IMG/VR virus record: IMGVR_UViG_3300045988_001141
Span: 1 to 5,686 of that record
Source: a virus
Reading direction: 5' to 3' (one strand)
Length of the DNA stretch: 5,686 nucleotides
Shown here: positions 2,146 to 5,686 of the stretch, piece by piece
How the letters are laid out: each line of letters opens with the position of its first letter
Position numbering within the stretch: position 1 is the stretch's first letter
The notes under the pieces: generated by a model
Database searches by the model: none
What the model was told of the DNA's origin: nothing
The model's input: the letters and a program-made list of their open reading frames with translations, nothing else
Translations under genes and position numbers: made by a program

Positions 2146-3770
2146 ACCGCAACAGTGAATACAGCTTTGCACAGAATCCACAGGTGGGAGTAAGTCGAAG
2201 CCGCTTCCAGCGGAACAACGACAACAAAACCACCTTCAACACCGGCGACCTCATCCCGATTTATCTGGATGAGGTATTACCCGGAGATACGCACGAAATC
2301 GACATGGCCTGTGTCATGCGTATGGCAACGCCTATCTTTCCCGTGATGGACAATGCCTTCTGCGACTTCTACTTCTTCTTCGTGCCGAACAGACTTCTGT
2401 GGGAGCACTGGAAGGAGTTTATGGGCGAAAACAAAGAAACCGCATGGACGCCTAAAGCAGAGTACAGTATCCCGCAGGTCACAGCACCGGCAGAAGGCTG
2501 GGCAGAAGGAACTTTGGCAGACTATCTTGGTCTGCCTACCAAAGTAAAGGGCATAAGCGTGAGCGCTCTGCCGGGACGAGCATACGGCCTCATCTACAAC
2601 GAATGGTTCCGGAACCAAAACGTGACGCAACCGACACTTGTAGAGGTGACGGACGCAACCACAACCGGCAAAAACGACGGTAGCAAAACCAACGACAGCG
2701 CAATCACGCTGGCAAAGCCTCTCAAAGCGGCAAAGGTGTTTGACTACTACACCGGAGCATTACCCGAACCTCAGAAAGGTGAACCTATTACGTTGCCTCT
2801 GAGCGGAAATGCAGCAATATTCATGTACAAAGACGATACGCTCAAAACCAAAGGAACTTTAAACAACAAAGAAGCACTGTTCCTTCAGGGCGGTTCCGGA
2901 GCACAAGGCCAACTCTACAACAATGAAAAAGCTCTGGCAGTAATGGGAGCAACAGCGTCTGGGGGAACAACCGCAGACGGCGCATACTTGGGAGCAGACC
3001 TGACGACGATAAATGCCGCAACCATCAATCAGCTCCGACAGGCATTCCAGATTCAGAAGCTGTTGGAAAAAGACGCACGTGGCGGCACGAGATACCGCGA
3101 AGTGCTGAGGGAGCACTTTGGAGTTATCTCGCCCGACAGCCGGATGCAAATTCCGGAGTATCTGGGCGGCTACAGACTGCCTATCAACGTGTCTCAGGTT
3201 ATCCAGACCTCTTCGACCGACAACACGAGTCCGCTGGGCAATACGGCGGCGCTGAGTGTGACCACGATGAACAAATCTATGTTTACCAAGTCCTTTACAG
3301 AACACGGCTTTATCATGGGACTCGCAGTGGTACGAACCGACCAGACCTATCAGCAGGGCATCGAACGCATGTGGAGCCGCACCGGACGATATGACTACTA
3401 CTGGCCGGTACTGGCAAACATCGGCGAACAAGCTATTCTCAACAAAGAAATCTATGCACAGGGCAACGAAAAGGACAACGAGGCATTCGGCTATCAGGAA
3501 GCATGGGCCGACTATCGGTATAAGCCGAGCAAGGTTACCGGCCTGTTCCGAAGCAACGCACAACAGAGTCTCGATGCATGGCACTATGCACAGGACTACA
3601 ACGCACTGCCCACTCTGAGTACCGATTGGATGCAACAGGGCGAAGCGGAGATGAAGAGAACTCTCGCAGTACAGTCTCAGCCGGACTTTATTGCAGACTT
3701 CTACTTCATGAACAAAACAACGCGGTGTATGCCGGTGTACTCCATTCCGGGACTCATCGACCATCACTAA
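2142..3770 (+). CDS. VP1: Major capsid protein VP1 (F-like), 542 aa, GTG start
   Basis: AGGAGG (2129-2134) lies 7 nt upstream of GTG 2142, which forms a GTGA overlap with the VP3 stop. Conserved blocks are present: KTTFNTGDLIPIYLDEVLPGDT, RAYGLIYNEWFRNQN, DYYTGALPEPQKG and DARGGTRYREVLREHFGVISPDSRMQIPEYLGG. Confidence 0.93.
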   Translation: MNRNSEYSFAQNPQVGVSRSRFQRNNDNKTTFNTGDLIPIYLDEVLPGDTHEIDMACVMRMATPIFPVMDNAFCDFYFFFVPNRLLWEHWKEFMGENKETAWTPKAEYSIPQVTAPAEGWAEGTLADYLGLPTKVKGISVSALPGRAYGLIYNEWFRNQNVTQPTLVEVTDATTTGKNDGSKTNDSAITLAKPLKAAKVFDYYTGALPEPQKGEPITLPLSGNAAIFMYKDDTLKTKGTLNNKEALFLQGGSGAQGQLYNNEKALAVMGATASGGTTADGAYLGADLTTINAATINQLRQAFQIQKLLEKDARGGTRYREVLREHFGVISPDSRMQIPEYLGGYRLPINVSQVIQTSSTDNTSPLGNTAALSVTTMNKSMFTKSFTEHGFIMGLAVVRTDQTYQQGIERMWSRTGRYDYYWPVLANIGEQAILNKEIYAQGNEKDNEAFGYQEAWADYRYKPSKVTGLFRSNAQQSLDAWHYAQDYNALPTLSTDWMQQGEAEMKRTLAVQSQPDFIADFYFMNKTTRCMPVYSIPGLIDHH

Positions 3771-3775
3771 CACAA

Positions 3776-3795
3776 AGCCGGGTCAAAACCCGGCT
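3776..3795 (+). other. Hairpin between VP1 and VP2 (AGCCGGGT-caaa-ACCCGGCT)
   Basis: A perfect 8-bp stem starts 6 nt after the VP1 stop. It is followed by attctt rather than a strong U-run, so at most it is a leaky terminator or an mRNA-stabilising element. Confidence 0.5.
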
Positions 3796-3815
3796 ATTCT
3801 TGTAAAGGAGAAAAA

Positions 3816-4622
3816 ATGTCATTTTTAGCAGCACTAGCAACAGGCGCAAAATTACTAGGCGGCGTGAGCACGCTCGTAAACGCAGGCACAGGCATCTACA
3901 ACGCGCTTAAAGGCACATCGGGAAGCGGATCATCAGCAGCAGACAGCTACAACGAAATGCACAGTCAAGGCGGGTCAACCATGACCAGCGAAAGTGGCGT
4001 CAATATGGGACAGACGCAAGACCTTGCAAAATACTTCCTTGGGCAAAGCCAGCAAGCACAGGGAATGCAGAGCCTTCAAAACAACAAAAACTCGCTCATG
4101 GCTCTGGGCTTAAACACTCTGGGGGCAATTCAGCAGGGCGTTTATAACCGCATCCAGCAAGACGCGGCAATGTCCTTCAATTCGGCAGAGGCAGCAGCAA
4201 ACAGAGCATGGCAAGAAAGAATGAGCAACACAAGCTATCAGAGGGCTATGGCAGACATGAAAGCGGCGGGGCTTAATCCTATACTTGCCTACGCACAAGG
4301 CGGCGCAAGCACGCCCGCAGGCGCACATGCGTCGATTGGACAAAGCTCCATCAACGCACCGAGCGTGGGAACGCAAGCGTCAACCATGCCAACAATCTCT
4401 GGTTCGATAGCAAACTACAGCAAAACCAAGGCAGAGAGTTGGAACTGGACAGACTCGAAAGGCGAAATGCACAGCAGCGGCTATAACAGCTTTCAAACAG
4501 ATTTTCCGGACTTAACCGGATGGCTCAACCAAAACAACAACAGCGGCAAAAGCACAGCAGCTGGAGGCGGCAAAAAAGATAAACAGGGCTTCGGCGGCAG
4601 CAAGGGAGGCAGTTTTAAATGA
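3816..4622 (+). CDS. VP2: Minor capsid / DNA pilot protein VP2, 268 aa
   Basis: AAAGGAG is upstream of ATG 3816. The protein is Gly/Ser/Ala/Gln-rich and contains [29 protein letters not shown], the block I recognise as the conserved core of microvirus VP2/H-like proteins. Confidence 0.88.
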   Translation: MSFLAALATGAKLLGGVSTLVNAGTGIYNALKGTSGSGSSAADSYNEMHSQGGSTMTSESGVNMGQTQDLAKYFLGQSQQAQGMQSLQNNKNSLMALGLNTLGAIQQGVYNRIQQDAAMSFNSAEAAANRAWQERMSNTSYQRAMADMKAAGLNPILAYAQGGASTPAGAHASIGQSSINAPSVGTQASTMPTISGSIANYSKTKAESWNWTDSKGEMHSSGYNSFQTDFPDLTGWLNQNNNSGKSTAAGGGKKDKQGFGGSKGGSFK

Positions 4623-5641
4623 GCTGTGAAAGACCACTTATCAGAGTATACAACCCAAACGACCATAACATAACAGGGTCAATCATGACCCTAGAAAAAT
4701 ACAGAGAAAGAGCGCATAATCCAGCGGCAACATACGAAAGCCTAGCATATAGAAAAGACGTCATGCTACTACCATGCGGCAAGTGTCTGGGATGCAGACT
4801 CAGACAGCGACAAGACTGGGAAACCAGAATGTTGATGGAGTCAAAAACACTCACACCAGCATGGTTTTTCACTCTTACGTGGAATCAAGAATATGTGCCG
4901 GGAATGATAAGAGCAACAGGCGAACTTATACGTGGAGCAGTACACCAGTGGACAACGGGAGACGCGCCAGAAGTTGTGCAAATCCTATTGCAAGAGGACA
5001 TGGTACTTTTTAACAAGAGGCTTCGAAAAAAACAAGAAATGTCCGATAAATGGGGTACAGACCTCAGATATTTTTATTGCGGCGAATACGGCGAAACCAC
5101 AGGAAGACCGCATCACCACGCAATCTATTATGGGTTAGAAATACCAGACCTCAAGAAAAAAAGAGGCAATAATCCATACTTTGAAAGCGAAACAATAGAC
5201 AACATCTGGGGAATGGGCAATGTAATAATTGCAGAGGCGTCACCAGAAACAATGGCGTATGTAGCGGGATATGTGACAAAAAAAGCCTACGGCAACGACA
5301 CAAAACGATACAATGAGCTAGGGCTACCAGCGCCTTACTGCTGCATGTCGCGAAATCCGGGTCTAGGATACGACTACTACCAAGAGCACAAAGAGCAAAT
5401 GTACAAAGACGATGGGCTATATTTTAACGGCAAAAAAAGACCCATTCCAAGGTACTTTGACAAGATGCAAGAAGCTGAGAATCCCAAAAGGCTATGGGAA
5501 GTCAAAGAAAAGAGGCAGTCAAGCGCAATAAATGCACTTAAAGTAAAAATGTCAAACACAGACGTGACCATAGAACAGCAAGGCAAAATCAAAGAAAAGA
5601 ATCTCAGAGAACGCTTTAGTAAAGCAAGGGGAATTCTCTAA
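4619..5641 (+). CDS. VP4: Rolling-circle replication initiator VP4 (HUH endonuclease), 340 aa
   Basis: ATGA overlap with the VP2 stop. [15 protein letters not shown] is the Cys cluster typical of VP4. Motif 1 is FFTLTW (4865-4882), the HUH motif is PHHHAIYY (HHH at 5111-5119), and the catalytic Tyr motif is YVAGYVTKK (5258-5284). Confidence 0.92.
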   Translation: MSCERPLIRVYNPNDHNITGSIMTLEKYRERAHNPAATYESLAYRKDVMLLPCGKCLGCRLRQRQDWETRMLMESKTLTPAWFFTLTWNQEYVPGMIRATGELIRGAVHQWTTGDAPEVVQILLQEDMVLFNKRLRKKQEMSDKWGTDLRYFYCGEYGETTGRPHHHAIYYGLEIPDLKKKRGNNPYFESETIDNIWGMGNVIIAEASPETMAYVAGYVTKKAYGNDTKRYNELGLPAPYCCMSRNPGLGYDYYQEHKEQMYKDDGLYFNGKKRPIPRYFDKMQEAENPKRLWEVKEKRQSSAINALKVKMSNTDVTIEQQGKIKEKNLRERFSKARGIL

Positions 5642-5686
5642 ATGGTGTCAGTGGGCCTAATCCTATCAAGAAACGATTAGGCCCAC
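5598..5686. repeat. Terminal direct repeat, copy 2
   Basis: Identical to 1-89. Confidence 0.95.
5650..5686 (+). terminator. Second copy of the post-VP4 hairpin, cut off by the window end
   Basis: Same sequence as 53-89. The window ends one base before the last stem pair. Confidence 0.6.

Larger units (their letters stand above)
1..5686 (+). mobile_element. Complete circular Microviridae (gokushovirus-like) ssDNA phage genome, unit length 5597 nt, shown with an 89-nt overlap
   Basis: The VP1, VP2, VP3, VP4 and VP5-like gene set is all on one strand, and the first 89 nt repeat exactly at the 3' end. The VP1 N-terminus (KTTFNTGDLIPIYLDEVLPGDT) and the DARGGTRYREVLREHFGV block match gokushovirus major capsid proteins as I remember them. 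Confidence 0.9.

Noticed and set aside
2859-3773. 304-aa minus-strand ORF, together with the other minus-strand ORFs (594-803, 953-1144, 1086-1754, 1666-2181, 2045-2254, 2277-2630, 4110-4376, 4615-4872, 5377-5592)
   Set aside because: All of them lie antisense to well-supported + strand genes. Their products are Cys/Val/Phe/Arg-rich low-complexity strings with no RBS context. The T-poor + strand suppresses stop codons in every frame. Microviridae transcribe only one strand.
3776-3800. The hairpin after VP1 as a full intrinsic terminator
   Set aside because: The 8-bp stem is good, but no U-run follows (attctt), and VP2 and VP4 downstream have no promoter of their own. It is more likely a leaky attenuator or a transcript-stabilising structure.

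Overview
The window is a complete circular ssDNA Microviridae genome of gokushovirus type, not a chromosomal region. Bases 1-89 are identical to 5598-5686, so the unit length is 5597 nt and the linear ends are an assembly overlap. All supportable genes are on the + strand. Six of them form a tightly coupled chain with overlapping stops and starts (17-nt overlap, TAATG, ATGAGTGA, GTGA), then a 45-nt gap, then VP2 and VP4 joined by an ATGA overlap. The order is a 73-aa orphan, a 39-aa highly basic ORF missing from the supplied track, a VP5-like protein, the VP3 scaffold, the VP1 major capsid, the VP2 pilot protein and the VP4 rolling-circle Rep. VP4 carries the FTLT, HHH and YxxxYxxK motifs. The core module is conventional. 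The unusual part is a roughly 1.2-kb accessory and control region (about 90-1330), which I believe makes the genome larger than cultured gokushoviruses as I recall them. This region contains: (i) a T-rich, C-poor non-coding tract of about 340 nt with 8 same-orientation copies of TGTTGA(A/T), including a 3x tandem 9-mer; (ii) two DnaA-box matches (one exact TTATCCACA) inside a ~24-bp direct repeat, next to an AT-rich tract; (iii) an 8+8 palindrome and a GC-rich compound hairpin; (iv) a self-contained two-gene cassette of orphan small proteins with its own consensus extended -10 promoter and intrinsic terminator; (v) a second consensus promoter whose -35 hexamer lies in the loop of that terminator. 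Functional readings of the accessory region are inference. No tRNA, rRNA, CRISPR array, integrase or transposase is visible.
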